Assembly (NCBI GenBank): GCA_010093745.1 | Contig: MU006014.1 | Coordinates: forward strand, 1 to 64,000 | DNA: 64,000 bases | Source of the DNA: Piedraia hortae CBS 480.64 | Lineage: Eukaryota | Reading direction: 5' to 3' | Shown here: in pieces, positions 1 to 12,554 of the stretch | How the letters are laid out: each line of letters starts with the position of its first letter | How positions within the stretch are numbered: position 1 is the first letter of the stretch | The notes under the pieces: generated by a model | Databases searched by the model: none | What the model saw: only the letters and a program-made list of their open reading frames with translations | Told to the model about the DNA's origin: nothing | Translations under genes and position numbers: made by a program

Positions 1-1276
1 TATTAGTAACCGTCGCTCGGCTCTCGACTTCACGCGTCAACTAGTTTTCCGTAGAGATTTGTATGCAGGTACACATCTGCTCACAATTATAATAGGAAGG
101 TAATACTGTAAATGCGGCTAATCTGCCAATGCACGCGGCCTCAAACCTAAAATACTGGGTTGGCACACCATCAGATCACCTTTTCGGTGCAGCAAGGGAA
201 TCGGCAACAGGCCTTTTTTTTTTATATATGTTGTGAAGTTCGCCACGAAGCGATCCGCAGGTGATGACCCACATCTCTGACCAGGGTTCGAGTACTCAGA
301 AATTATCTTGTAGCTCTAGATACGCGTGTGTACTGACACACCTGTGAGGTGCCGCTGCTTATTAGAACAATATATATATTTTCCTGCTAGTTGGCCACAT
401 GCCAGCGGGGTTGTTTGCTAAGGTCTCACGTCTCCAGATGTCAATGCCTACAGATGAAAGGTTACACAGCCGTCGGGCATTAGGGATCAGGGAGGGTCAA
501 CGTGATCAACGTACAGATGATTGACCCAGAGCAAGTTGCCGAGTATACCGCATTATTAGAGCTTTCAAGGCCCGCAAAACGTTTGGATATAATCTCCCCA
601 GAAGGCCCAGTTGCCCATCGGGCATCCCAAACTCAGTGGCCGTCCGACATGTCTGACTCTTCGGGGAACCACAAATCTGATGATGAGATTTTATGCCAAG
701 GGAGACCGCTCGCCGCCTACCGAGGAGCCTTGATTCCCGGTTAAGCGCAGCCGATAGGCAAAGATTTGAAGAATGTTGCTTGAGGCCCCTTTTGTGTTGT
801 TGAAAATCCCAACTTCAAGAACGAGGCGGATTGGGCGAACGTTTTGAGCACGCCTCGGAAAGACGAAGCTCGAATTGTGGAACAGCTATGCAATTTGCTG
901 GCACCACAACCTGCCTCCAGTCTCCACATTTATGACAAAGAGAAGGATCCAAATGACCGACAAATAAACCGTCCGTGGATTCGCAGATGGGGTAATACGA
1001 TCGCATTTCCAAGGACCACCTTCTGATATGCTATGAATGAGAAAGCGTTTCGGCCCGAACAATTGCAGCGACTGAAGTTATATGGGGGATTTCGACCGGC
1101 ATATTTTACTGTTGATGGACACTATTTTCCCTTTTTGGTCTGCAAACTGGTTACCGTGGGGAGTTCGGCTGACTCTCGTGCAACAACACCGGTCAGGGCC
1201 ATCGTTAAGCCGTGTAGATTCGTGGAACCCGTTGTCCTTGACAAACTAGAGAAAAGAATTTCTGTGCTACAGTACA

Positions 1277-2272
1277 GTGAACCACTATCATCAATTGGAG
1301 ATATCAGGGCATTTCCTCGTCAGAGAAGAAGGTGAATTTTGTCACTATAGCCGGACGCTATTCCCTTGTACCCTGAGTGATGATATTAGAAAAGCAATGA
1401 GCCAGGATGGCGACCCCGAGGGTCAAAGAAAAACTCCTGCCATCATACGCGCGATTTTAGACGACTTTAACAGAATACATGAATCGCGCATTCTCGGCCT
1501 GGTTGACAATTTGCTACAAATTGACCCACAGTTTTATGTCGCAAGTGTTCCAGAGGAACCATCTACTGTAAGAACAACGCCCAAGAAACGGTCGACAGGT
1601 CCCATTATGAACAGACCTCAAAAGGAAATTATGTAGCTGGAGAAGCAACGCGACATTCAAATATTTGCGGCGGGAGCAAGCATAGAGTGACGGCCAGGAA
1701 CTGAGGGAGTTGGAATTAAGGACAATTCATGAGAAGCGCGTGGATGAATTGGATACAATCTACTAACAGCAGGATCAAGGCAATCAAATGATTATCAGTC
1801 TGCTGAGAGATCAGATGGGAAAACTTGAAAAACAGATCGAAGAGATGGATAAGTATCATAAGGAGGGTGTTGGAGAGATGGAGGTGAAGTATAGGCTAGA
1901 GATAGGAAGATTGGAAAGATAAAACAGAGAGCTGGAAGAGAGAAACAAAGAGCAGAAAAGGGATCATGAGACAAGCGTTGGAAAGATTGGGGAGAAGTAT
2001 GAGGAGCCGATTGAAAAATTGGAGGCGCGGTACGAGAGACTGGAGACGCGATATGAAAAGCTCGAAGAGGTCAGCAGAGAAATGGCCCAAACGCACAACA
2101 CTGAGTCGAGAGCGTTCAATCAAAAGTCACTGGATGCCCTGGCGTTGCAGCGCAATGAATAACTGCACCTTCAAGATCGATTTGTTGATAGCTAGCATGG
2201 TAAACGAATCATACGGTATGAAAGTGATCAGAAAGCTATGGAGAACATCAGCTGCGCAGCAGCAGGTCTATA
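1277..2272 (+). pseudogene. Decayed coiled-coil protein gene (family unidentified)
   Basis: ORF 1277-1636 ends in TAG. After a 1-nt shift an E/K/R/Q-rich heptad-like frame continues (QELRELELRTIHEKRVDELDTIY*QQDQG...LER*NRELEERNKEQ...QRNE*LHLQ), broken only by TAA/TAG codons where Gln would fit. Confidence 0.45.
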
Positions 2273-3560
2273 GCGCGATGCCAAATGAGTTGGTATTTTG
2301 AGAGGTAGCTAGAGTCCAATACCTCGCAGGGTTTCCTACCACACAGAGGTTTACCCCTGCAACGAGGGGCAAGTGCAGTCTATCCCGTAGTGAGCCCGCG
2401 GGCAGGCAGCGCAGGTAGAAATTCACACACGCACTAACCCACTCACACTCGCCCACTCACTCACCCACTGTCAGAGGGGGAGGAAAGAACTCATACCTCA
2501 GTAGAGAGGAAAGTGAATATCTCTAGATCAAAAATGATATCCTGGGAGGAAACCCTCCTAACTAAATGCATGAAAGAACTTTGTCCCCAAATCCTTTCAT
2601 GTCATCGTCTCCTTTATTCGGAGACATATCCCGTCTCAAAAAGCCTTCCGTAAGCGGCAGACTTCTAAAACTCACTCACTCACTCGCAGTCAAACCTGCC
2701 CATGCAACATTTCTCCTTTCGCATCCCGGAGATTATATACACCATTGCTAATTGTGAGGCTACACACAAGAACTCTGACTTAAAGGGTCTACGTGGTGCT
2801 CAACACTTGTGGTCGTGACTCGCACTCCGAGTCATGCAGACCGCCCTGCTCAAATGTTCAATGAGCTCTTTGACAATCGACCGATCGGCTTGTGCCGCCA
2901 ACGTCCTTCCATGGCTTGCCTGCATTTCGTCTCTCTTTGACGCTATTTCACCATTCTTCACTCACTGCCGTGGGGATGACTTCCGAACTTGAAAGATTGC
3001 ATGTGTGAGGACAGGATCCGAAAGAGGAGCCCTACCGTAGTTTGGTTGCTCAATTTGTCGCCTCGAGGGTGCCAACAGGTCTCATTTCTGAAGGTAGGCT
3101 GCAGTACAGACCCCAGGCAGTCCGCATTCCATCCTAAGACTACTTAGACTTCAGGCTTGTATTCTCATGGACAGCATTCTCAGCCATATGATTTGTTGGA
3201 TACCATCGACCCCTTGCTCAGACCGCAACATTGGAACATCACTCCGGCTACGCAGGCTTATCAACAGCCCTTCGCGCTGTTGTTGAGAAGTAGCGGTGCC
3301 ATACCTCGGCCTGATAGCAAAACTATACAAAGAAAAAACCCTGAATAGCAAAATACTCAAAGAGCATGATCAAGAGGACAGTGGGGAAATTGAGTGATAT
3401 TTGAGACTATCTGGACAAAGAAGCTACTTGTATATAAGCTCACTGCTGAACATCAGAAAATACAACTTTGTAAAAACTTAATCTTCAGAACGATTACGCT
3501 ACGCAGCAAATATCTTCCAACAGAACTATGTTGTCGTGCGAGAAGATGACTCCAGGAGCG

Positions 3561-3749
3561 CTACCTAAGTACTACGGAGAGCACGGACGCCGGCTTGATC
3601 AGCTCCCTTGGCTCGCTGTCGTCTAGGCCCATATAGTCCCACACGTCCGAATGCACGGACATGTTCTTGATCATCGTGATCCATCTTATCCACGATTCGG
3701 GGCCATCCAGGACAACGAGTGTGCTTCCCATGGGATGGTACGCGTCCAT
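3561..3749 (-). mobile_element. LTR retrotransposon gag N-terminal remnant (Ty1/copia-like)
   Basis: VVLDGPESWIRWITMIKNMSVHSDVWDYM resembles the N-terminal W..W.......VW.Y pattern of fungal copia-type Gag. No pol or LTR was seen. Confidence 0.4.
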
Positions 3750-3901
3750 CTTTTCCTACGTGGTCCCTAAAGACTTTCCCCCAGGAGCATATGCTTAGTA
3801 TTCCAAAAATGATCTGACTTGCGGAACAAATGGGCTTATAACTGTGATCTGGATGGATGATCAGAGTGGATGAAGAATGAGGGAAAAGACTAAATGACAA
3901 C

Positions 3902-4950
3902 TTAAAAGCGAGGGCCTGCCCAGAGACGATCAAGACAAGGGCCTTCCCCGCGTACATCATGCCAATGGAATCCAATCATCGAATCCGTCTTTCCCGTCAT
4001 TTCCTTCGCCAACCCCCACGCTGCTTCCATACTTGGATACAGCGGAGCCATAATAAAACGGATCAAAAGTTTGTGCCAGATCGATCCGCTGTTTGGGCCG
4101 AAGTGATTATGGGCTGCAAAAGTGAAGCATTCGAGCTCAGGGAGACAGGAAATGAACTCATGAAAGTTCCCATTCGTCGCAAAACGAAGTTTGCTGAGGC
4201 CCTTTGCGAAACCAAGGAGGATTGGTAAAACTGCAATATTTAGGGCAATTTCGAGTTCCTCTAGGGCAATAAAGGCAGCCATGTTCTGAGCGACCAGCCT
4301 GTGGATCACTATCGGAGTCGTTCTCAGATCGAATACGAGCATCTTGAAGCGAGTAAAGTGCAGCGCAGCATGATAAAGAATTTCAGTTGCTTCTTTATTA
4401 CATTTGTTGACATCGTCAGAAAATGTCAATTCGACCAAAGCTGTCAGTGGCCGTATCAGATTTAGAGCACGCTGCCCGGGTTTATTTGAAACCACAACGC
4501 CACACAAATAAGTCTCTTCAAATGCGAACTTTTGACAGGGATAAGCGTCATAGAGTCATCTTTCATCTTTGTCGACGCCAGAAACAAAGACTATAGATTA
4601 AGATGCGGATATTGACCAATACAGGAAGCTACCATATACTTGGGTTCAATTCGGCCGTCGAGGCATAGATGGGAGAGTCAGGGAAAGGCGAGGCCTTGTG
4701 TCGCACTATAATCCGAAAATTGGTAGCTTGGGCATGGCTGCAACTCGATAGCCCGGACTTTGTTCGCGTAGTACTGTTTCCGTGGAGGATGAAGTGCTGC
4801 GAATGTTCTCAAAGGGACGGAGCTCCACTCAGTGGGCATGGAAGGTGCAGTTTCTGGCATCACCACTTGTAGCCATTGGGATATACTGTGGTGCTGTGGA
4901 TGTCGAGGATGGATGTTTACGAGTGACGTAACCTTCCACCATCATCTCCA
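3902..4950 (-). pseudogene. Fragmented F-box/LRR-like protein gene, paralog of 30678-32521
   Basis: Fragments RKQYYANKVRAI...SATQGLAFP and EATEILYHAALHFTRF...RLVAQNMAAFIALEEL align with RKQYYANKARSI...STQRLAFP and EATEAFCHAALHLTKF...SLVG*PMIVFPALEEL. The locus is interrupted by stops and frameshifts; the 5' end is approximate. Confidence 0.6.
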
Positions 4951-5949
4951 TGCATGTAGCCGCCCTTGTTGCTACTTTGTAGCTTGAAACAAGACAAGCT
5001 TTGACTGATTCAGGTGAAGTTAAACGAAGATGCGTGCCTGAAACAAACCGCCTTTGCCAAAACCGCTTAAACTGGTTTCCAACGCGACAATATGCTATAG
5101 CTAGTTCTTCAGCGGTCGAAATTTAGACCTTATCTTCCGGACCGACTCCAGTTCGGTCCCCTCGGCACGTCAATCATCCAATAGCCTCCATCATACCAAC
5201 AAAACGACAGCAGCTTGCATACAAACTGCCAGAAACTACAGCTCCTGGATTCACCTCTCAGATTCACGGCTTCATACTCCATGTTTCTATGGTCCAGACC
5301 CTGCAAGCTACTCCTAGACAACATAATGCAACAGACAAGTTCCTCATCTCAGTCCTCTACGTAGGAATACTAATCAACAGGCAGAATAAGGAAGAAGATT
5401 GAACTTGTGCTTTCAACAAGCTGTAGAGCCGCCATGAATTTTGCTAAGCTTGAAACCCTGCAAAGTTTCATCGAGAACGCTCAGACAGAACAACATCCAA
5501 TTGGAAAAATTCTGCAGCAAATTCTACCGAGAGCAAACGGTCCTTGATGTCACGCAATTGGCTGAGGAACGGACGACTCGCGAAACGCGGACGCGAAGGC
5601 ACCAACCATCACAGCAACTACAGTCGCCAAGAAACCACCCCAATTGGAGCGGCAGTTTCTACTCCGCCCAGGAAACAGAACATATCGCATCTTGACACCA
5701 TGAGCCTCAAATGAACCTGTCAGACGTCTGGGCGCAAGAAATGTCGTATTCGTCCTGCGTACAATGTGGAATGCGATCAAGGACGTCCATTTCCCACGGG
5801 AAATCTACATATCATGATACGAGGCAAACAGCAACTTGATGCCGAGGATCATTTTTCATCAACAGGGACCGGCATGACTCTGTCATTGGCGCAAAACTTC
5901 ATCGTCGCTCCTGACCAGGGGTGGTTGTGCATAGTTCTAGATACTTGTA

Positions 5950-6560
5950 CGTATACACGAACCCACCCATGAGGCGCCGCTTCTTCCTACAACAACCGGG
6001 AGGGATGATCAACCTGGGCTACACCCAATCCACTGATCCTTCTATCATGCGTTTTCACAGTGTCAGAGCCTGTGCACGACCTCCTGCAGGGAGCGTGCAG
6101 GTTGATTACCTGAGCCTTGTACGCTTACCACTCTGCCTGCAAGGCTTCTGATTTGGTGGATATGACCTTGACTACTCGTGGGTATGGCAGGATCTGGTGT
6201 GAAGACGGGATGAATGTTGGTAGTTGCAACGTCGGTCAGGACTCGGTCGACAATCGATTTGATCTCGGGGCGGTACGTACAGTCGATGCTCGCAGGTGAT
6301 TCCGTGAACTGCCTCGTGCGTCTTGGTTACGAAAATTGTAACTGCGTGGAGCCTGCCTGCCTGGTAATCCAGGGCAGTTTTGATGTCTTTGGATAGGATT
6401 GATCTCCGTCGGTGGCCATGACGCTTCTCGTTGGCAAGCGCTGATCTTGTACTTGGGGCTCTGGAGAAGCGAGGTGGTTCTTGGAGTTCAAATTTTGGAT
6501 AATTGTTCTGATACAGTTGTGTGAATCGTGTTGCGTTCCTAACAGCTTTATCTGTTGATC
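5950..6560 (-). mobile_element. Possible Mutator-like (MULE) transposase relic
   Basis: Broken minus-strand frames give ILSKDIKTAL...RLHAVTIF and SIDCTYR, reminiscent of the MULE IDxTYxTN motif. Heavily decayed; limits approximate. Confidence 0.25.
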
Positions 6561-7410
6561 CTCAAGGACCGTCGCGTTCGAAGCGTGCGAAAACTCGGAC
6601 TTGAGTCAGGAGGTTGAATTTGATTTATCCATCTTCGATTCCACAGGATGTGGAGCTGGCGGTTCATTGGTTTCTTTGCGGCGTTACAACTGTCTCGTAG
6701 CTTGGCAGGCTCTGGTAAGAGCGGACTCGATAGGGCTTCCACTACTTTAGCTTCATGCTGAATTTGGTCGTCCAGTCGGCGTGATTTTCATATTTGCCGA
6801 TCACACAAGGGGGTATTGAGGTGTATCCTTCAGAGGTGTGCCCGTCGGCTGCGTTAGACCGGGTATAGAAGGCCAGGGGAATCTCGCCAGCGATCCCTTC
6901 CAGACCTCCAGTCCCATCATTGTGACGATGCTTTGTACTCTCTTCAAGGATGAACATCCTGTGCGCCACTAGACGGAAGGCCAGCGTGCAACGGGGTCAG
7001 GACTTTAGCCTGAGTTGTCCGAAGAGGCAATCTTCAAGCATTTCACAGGCCTTGACGTTTCTGACAATTCTCGTTTACAGTCTAGCCAGGATATATAGCG
7101 GATCGACCTGGCGCGAGAACTCGTTCGCTATAACCAGGTACCTACAGGTAAGTGTAAAGGGCAATCCGCCGTATCCCGTGGCCGCCATACACATATTCTA
7201 TTTGACTCAAGTTACTCGCCACGTCTTGCAATTCATCATTCCTCACTTCCTTGCTCAGTCCATGCTTCCATTCTCCAACGTTCTTTCAATGATCCTCCCA
7301 GTTCCGTGCCTAGCGCGCTAACCCAAAAGCGGCTAATACATCCACGAAATTCCACACCACACACTCTGGCGGGGCATGTCCGAACCCACGACCCAGCCCC
7401 CCACCATACA

Positions 7411-8211
7411 ATGTCCACCCTAACCGACTATACCACCCTCCCCCTCTCCCTCCCACCCCAGCCCTCCTTCCCCACAAAAGCAAAACACTACATCTACATC
7501 CGCACGCACACCCCCAACCTCCCCACGGCAACCTCCAACCGCGAGCTCTTCCTGTCGAACATCCCCCTCGATGCAACCCCACAAGGCCTCAAGTCCATCT
7601 TCTCTGGCCTCGGAGGGGGGAAGATCGAACACATCACCTTCGACGAAGCTGCACCCTCGAGAGGGTTGAGGAAGAAACAGCTGGGGAGGAGAAAACGGCG
7701 TGCCTCCACCGCCGGAGAAGAGGTCGGCACGCTACCCCGAACTGTGGAGAGGGAGTTACATCCCTCTGGCCGCGCGATAGTGAGGTTCGTGGATGGGGTT
7801 AGTAGAGATGCTGCGCTTAGGGAGGTGAAGAGAATGAGTAAGAAAGGGATGGAGTGGAGGGATGTTCCGCTTGGGGTACAGAGATATCAGAAGATGGTGG
7901 AAATGAGGTACCCCGATCCTGTGGTGCTGCAGAAGAGCGTGGATGAGTTCATGGAGGAGTTTAATAGGGAAGAGGAGAGGGAGAGGAAGAAGAGGAGGAC
8001 GTCGAAGGTGGATGATGATGGGTTTGTTACTGTTACAAGGGGGGTTAAGAGGGATGAGGCGCCTAGGGAAGTGAAGAAGGTTGGGAAGGAGGATTTCTAT
8101 AGGTTTCAGATGAGGGAGAAGAGGAAGGCGGACGAAAAGGATTTGATCAAGAGGTATGAGAGGGATGTTAAGAAAATGGAGGCGATGAAGAAGTTGAAGC
8201 CTCAAGGGTGA
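7411..8211 (+). CDS. RRP7: Ribosomal RNA-processing protein 7
   Basis: N-terminal RRM-like segment (HYIYIRTH...RELFLSNIPLDAT) and the C-terminal RRP7 signature (YPDP..LQKSVDEFMEEF...VDDDGFVTVTRG...DFYRFQMREKRK). ATG at 7411; no intron required. Confidence 0.92.
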   Translation: MSTLTDYTTLPLSLPPQPSFPTKAKHYIYIRTHTPNLPTATSNRELFLSNIPLDATPQGLKSIFSGLGGGKIEHITFDEAAPSRGLRKKQLGRRKRRASTAGEEVGTLPRTVERELHPSGRAIVRFVDGVSRDAALREVKRMSKKGMEWRDVPLGVQRYQKMVEMRYPDPVVLQKSVDEFMEEFNREEERERKKRRTSKVDDDGFVTVTRGVKRDEAPREVKKVGKEDFYRFQMREKRKADEKDLIKRYERDVKKMEAMKKLKPQG

Positions 8212-8268
8212 TCGGGTATCATCATTGTCGTGAGCATTAGGAAGAATTTATACAAACTAATTCTCACC

Positions 8269-9104
8269 TCACCTCGAAATCGCTACAATCGCCGGGTCGT
8301 GCGGCAGCTTGGCGCCGTCTCCGTTCGAGATGGCCACGCCGCCGTTGACGTTGTTCACACGGCCTTCATTGCTGACTGGGTTCTGCGGGCAGTCGCGGCT
8401 GATGTGACCGGCTTCGTGGCAGCGATAGCAAGTCTTGGGTCCGTCGGCAATAGGACCGCCGTTGGGGGCCGTACAGTCGCGCGAGATGTGGCCGAGCTTA
8501 CCGCACGCATAGCACTTGACAGCCTGTGCCTGACAGTCGCGCGCATAGTGGTTGGGTCCGCCGCATTTGTAGCACGTCGCAGCCCGGTTGTTGATCACGC
8601 CGGCATAGCCTCCACGGGAGCCGCCGCGGAAGCCGCCACGAAAACCACCGGCTCCGCGGCCCATCGGCGGAGGACCTTGACAATTGCGCTGGACGGGTTA
8701 GCATAATCGACATCGATAGAACTGGTACACTTACGGCAATGTGTCCGACTTGACCACAGGTGTAACAACGATCAGAACCGCTTACGCCATGGATGCGCAG
8801 CGTAGGACAATCGGCCTGGACGTGGCCGAGGCCTTGACAATGATAGCACTGCTTTGCTGCCGACCGTCAGCCTTCTTCCGTCTTCACAACCGCAGCAAAC
8901 ACTCACTCTCGACCGTCTTGGGCTGAGGACAATTGTTGCTTTCATGGCCTGCAAAGCCGTCAGCAATGATCGCATTCATTTACCCATGCCTCTCCTACCA
9001 GGCTGCTTGCAGTTATAGCAGAGACGCTCGGAGCTGGTGCAGCGGTCGGCGTAGTGGCCTACACTGCCGCATTTGTAACACGCGCGACGGGCAATGGCTG
9101 ACAT
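8269..9104 (-). CDS. GIS2: CCHC zinc-knuckle RNA-binding protein (Gis2/CNBP/Byr3 family), 4 exons
   Basis: Exons 9104-8999, 8948-8907, 8856-8735 and 8688-8269 are joined by GT-AG introns with GCTGAC/GCTAAC branch sites. They encode seven CX2CX4HX4C knuckles and an RGG tract. Confidence 0.9.
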
Positions 9105-9307
9105 GGTGCGCAAGGAACGGTCCAAAGAAACACCTTCCGACTCTTCTCTCTTCCTTCTCAACTCTTCAACCCTCCTTCGGCCTCCGCGCGAATCGTCGGC
9201 TAAAAAAGTTTTTGGGATGTGGGATTGGAAATTGACGGCCCGATCCGATTTGCTTTTTCGCGAACTTCAGCTTGGTGACGTCACTGACAACTTTGGTGTT
9301 ATGTGTG

Positions 9308-9372
9308 NNNNNNNNNNNNNNNNNNNNNNNNNNNNNNNNNNNNNNNNNNNNNNNNNNNNNNNNNNNNNNNNN
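9308..9372. other. Assembly gap (N run)
   Basis: Run of N followed by poly-A. Confidence 1.
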
Positions 9373-9476
9373 AAAAAAAAAACACATTGTTGGTGTGCAT
9401 ATCGTTCATGTGGACCATGTGTTACTGCATGAAACTCGTGATTTCTGCTGTCCATCATGTTCTACAGTGATTTCCA

Positions 9477-11009
9477 TTACTCCTGCTTCTCAATCACAGC
9501 CGGAGCTTTAATCTCCCGTCCGTGGAGGAACTCAAGCCCTTCACCTGCATAACTCATGAGCGGACTTACTTCCACTCCAGTTTCCTGCCCTTCGCTCGTC
9601 ACTGTAGCTCCAGCCGCGACGAGGAACCTCCGTCCCTGCTCCATGATATCAGACCTCGAAGTCCCGGGGTCATCTTCACCCGTGCCTGGGGCATTTTTGA
9701 GCGGCGAGAACTCGTCCTCTCGCTTAACCTCCATACAGGCGAACTTATCCATGGACAAGAATGGAAAGCAGTCAAACACAAACTGCTCCAGCTTGATGCC
9801 ATTGGGTTTCTCCGGCTTCACCTGTTCGCCCGTTTTGAGATCGATTGAAGGAATCTTCTTCTTAGCCACATGGTGGGGGAGCTTGTCAACCCAGGTCGGT
9901 ATGGACTTCAAGAAGCCGAAGCTATAGTAATGATTGACAATATTGGCAGCTCGGAACTTGAGGAGGCTGGAGTCCTTGGGGTCTTTGGCCTCTGCCGTTC
10001 CGGCATCAATCTCTGAATACTCGACCACATCTGGTTTGCCGTTCTTCTGCAATATGAGCCCAACAGACTCCTTTGCGTTGCGCTTCCGCACAACCTTTGT
10101 GGCAATGTCCACCTTTTTCTCGGCACCGAAGCCGATAAAGGTGGGATCGGCAACGCGAACGAGACAGTTATCGACGCAATACGCGTGAATGTGCTCAATG
10201 CCTCTCTTTTCCATGTCGTCAACTACGCTACGTTCGATCAAAGCCCTGTAGAGACCTCCATTACCATCGGGCGCAACGGCAACCTTGCCCTTGGTCTCGA
10301 GCATAATCTTTCCCTCCATGGTGATGCAAGGTAGCACGCCTTGTTCAAAGAAGAAGACGTTCTTGCTATCCAGCCCAAAGTACTTGTTCTCTTCGAAGAA
10401 CTGTTCCGTAGGCTTGCGAGTAGGTCCCGACGTCATGATGTACCAAGGGATGACAGCATCCTGCTTTCCGTGGTGCTTGGCTGCCAGATGCTCCAGCCGC
10501 TTGATGCGCTCGCCCTGGAGCTGGAACAAGCTCTTCTTGCTCGGCAAACCAATGTCGTAGCAGCCTTTGGGCGCTGAACTGCCCAGCCTGGTTCCCTGGC
10601 CACCAGCCATGAGAACCACGGCGACTTTATTCTCCGCAATAAGCTGCAGACCGCCGGCGCGCCACTTTTCCAGGGCATCATGTTTGCTGTCGATGGTGCT
10701 GGTGGTGGCAGAATCAGGAAGTTGTTCCAACTTGGGTTTCTTGTCCTCTGCCTCGACCTTTGGAGGATTCAACGCAGTATCAGCAAGCTTATTGATGTAC
10801 TCAGGCGACACAGGTTCAAGCTGCTCATACAGCGTCCCCTTTTCGTGGGGCTTGAGACCGTCCCAATAAGCAAACACTTGGCCCTGACCGGCATCATCGA
10901 ACTTCTTCTTCAACTGCTGGAACAGCTCGTCCGATGGCGGCTGAGGCGCATCGTCGTCTTTTCTACCCAAGCCCAGCATACTGGTCATGTTCGACATGAA
11001 CGACGACAT
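9477..11009 (-). CDS. QRI1: UDP-N-acetylglucosamine pyrophosphorylase
   Basis: Motifs [46 protein letters not shown] and EFSPLKN are all present. ATG 11009 (MSSFMS) gives 510 aa; intronless. Confidence 0.96.
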   Translation of the reverse strand: MSSFMSNMTSMLGLGRKDDDAPQPPSDELFQQLKKKFDDAGQGQVFAYWDGLKPHEKGTLYEQLEPVSPEYINKLADTALNPPKVEAEDKKPKLEQLPDSATTSTIDSKHDALEKWRAGGLQLIAENKVAVVLMAGGQGTRLGSSAPKGCYDIGLPSKKSLFQLQGERIKRLEHLAAKHHGKQDAVIPWYIMTSGPTRKPTEQFFEENKYFGLDSKNVFFFEQGVLPCITMEGKIMLETKGKVAVAPDGNGGLYRALIERSVVDDMEKRGIEHIHAYCVDNCLVRVADPTFIGFGAEKKVDIATKVVRKRNAKESVGLILQKNGKPDVVEYSEIDAGTAEAKDPKDSSLLKFRAANIVNHYYSFGFLKSIPTWVDKLPHHVAKKKIPSIDLKTGEQVKPEKPNGIKLEQFVFDCFPFLSMDKFACMEVKREDEFSPLKNAPGTGEDDPGTSRSDIMEQGRRFLVAAGATVTSEGQETGVEVSPLMSYAGEGLEFLHGREIKAPAVIEKQE

Positions 11010-11124
11010 TTGACAGATTTGAAGGCGGGGGATGCGGGATGCGGGGTTCAGGGGGGGACCAATGACGTCGGGGAACCCCTGCATGATCGCTCCATCTGAT
11101 AACCTTAAATTCAACGTCTCTTTC

Positions 11125-11805
11125 ATGGCCTCCCAGTGGCTGCCGTCATGGTTCTCGTCCAAAGCAACGCCGGATCCGGCCAAGGACGACGACGATGCCG
11201 AGTCGACTCCAAAGGCAAAACCGTCCATTCCGACATTGGAATGTCCTCCGCTGTCTCTAAACTCCAACGACGAGGATACGAAGCTAATGCCGCCGCCGTC
11301 CCGGCCCAAGCCAGACCGTCCCAAGCCAGCCGCGACCTCCCTCAGTGTGCCCACAACCGGCCCGTCACCCCAACGTGGCCGACCAGGAGACAGTACGCAA
11401 CGGGCCGGCAAAGGTCTCACACCAAATCGAGGCAAAACGAATGCCCGTGGCCAAGTCACACTCGCACCGGGCCATTCGCCCCTGGACTGGTCTGCTCTAT
11501 CACGCTCCAAGAACCTCTCGGGCGTCGCTAGCCTTCAACGAGTCAAGCCGTCTGAGCTGCGAAAGATGACGGGACGAAAAGGGAAGCCGGCGTGGAGCAG
11601 TTGGCAGGGAAAAGTGTACAACATCACACCTTACCTTCCATTCCACCCCGGCGGCGAGGCAGAACTTCTCAGAGCCGCGGGGAGGGACGGCACAGCTTTG
11701 TTTATGGACATCCATCCATGGGTCAATTGGGAGAATATGCTGGAGTCGTGCCTCGTCGGCGCTCTCGTGCCCGAAGAGTCGTCTACATTGGACGAAATGG
11801 ATTAA
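11125..11805 (+). CDS. Cytochrome b5-like heme-binding domain protein (Irc21-like)
   Basis: [10 protein letters not shown] followed by a cyt-b5 domain ([16 protein letters not shown]...[16 protein letters not shown]). Most plausible ATG is at 11125. Confidence 0.88.
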   Translation: MASQWLPSWFSSKATPDPAKDDDDAESTPKAKPSIPTLECPPLSLNSNDEDTKLMPPPSRPKPDRPKPAATSLSVPTTGPSPQRGRPGDSTQRAGKGLTPNRGKTNARGQVTLAPGHSPLDWSALSRSKNLSGVASLQRVKPSELRKMTGRKGKPAWSSWQGKVYNITPYLPFHPGGEAELLRAAGRDGTALFMDIHPWVNWENMLESCLVGALVPEESSTLDEMD

Positions 11806-12554
11806 GATACCCTCTGCTCCTGAAATAGGCTGTCTACAACCTGGAATACGGCTGTAACCTGCTTCGTTGTTTCTTCATCCAACCTGCCTCTGAAATAGCG
11901 TTGCATTCGGTCAGGATGCCAACGCACCCGTTCAACTTTTAGCCGTGGTGCATGTCTCATGAAGGCCTCAACATCATGAGCCCGTACCGGCATAGATTGC
12001 CGAATAACAGGCCAGCAGGGAATGTAATCATCTTCAACCGAATGTCGTGCCCATTTATCGAGATATTCCCTCCACGCTTCTCTGTAGTCCTCTTCTTCCG
12101 ATGAATCCCTCACACCCACCACATTTCTCTTCTCTCTCTTCTCCCTCTCCCTGTCCTCCCTGTCCTCCCTGTCCTTCCTGTCCTCCCTGTCCTCCCTGTT
12201 CTTCCTTTCCTCCCTTATCCTCTCAACAAGCACCTCAGGATGCAATCTAACCCATAACTCCTCCATAACCTCCTCAACATCCATGTCCATGTGACAATGA
12301 ATCGGAAACCCATAAACCCCCTCCCAATAAAGCGCAGCCTCTCTACACGTCGCTGCATCTTCCATCGAAGAGCGGAACGCCTCCTTCTCCTCGCAACAAG
12401 TCTGCTCAACATCGGCTCGGGGGTAAGGGTGGACTTGGCGTGGCTCTTCGGACGGTATTCGTTGTTTAGATTGTTGATCGGGGTGGGTTTTTCTCTTCTT
12501 CTTAATGCCGGAACGTGATTTGAAGCGTATGCGGGTTAGTTTTGGGTTTGTCAT
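11802..12554 (-). CDS. Conserved fungal protein with a C-terminal J-like WHPD(R) helical motif
   Basis: 250-aa ORF with a basic N-terminus, F..SMEDA....EAALYWEGVYG, EDR repeats and IPCWP...LKVERVRWHPDRMQRYF...VTAVFQVVD, as in NFKBIL1-like fungal proteins. Confidence 0.75.
   Translation of the reverse strand: MTNPKLTRIRFKSRSGIKKKRKTHPDQQSKQRIPSEEPRQVHPYPRADVEQTCCEEKEAFRSSMEDAATCREAALYWEGVYGFPIHCHMDMDVEEVMEELWVRLHPEVLVERIREERKNREDREDRKDREDREDREREKREKRNVVGVRDSSEEEDYREAWREYLDKWARHSVEDDYIPCWPVIRQSMPVRAHDVEAFMRHAPRLKVERVRWHPDRMQRYFRGRLDEETTKQVTAVFQVVDSLFQEQRVS

Noticed and set aside
2740..2970. Possible homology with 39320-39640 (shared AATTGTGAGGCTA, CAAATGTTCA)
   Set aside because: Only short word matches; no convincing alignment or shared peptide could be built by eye.
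11010..11510. 167-codon N-terminal extension of the UAP1 ORF (677 aa in the track)
   Set aside because: It is the antisense shadow of the cytochrome b5-like CDS. Recognisable UAP1 sequence starts only after ATG 11009.
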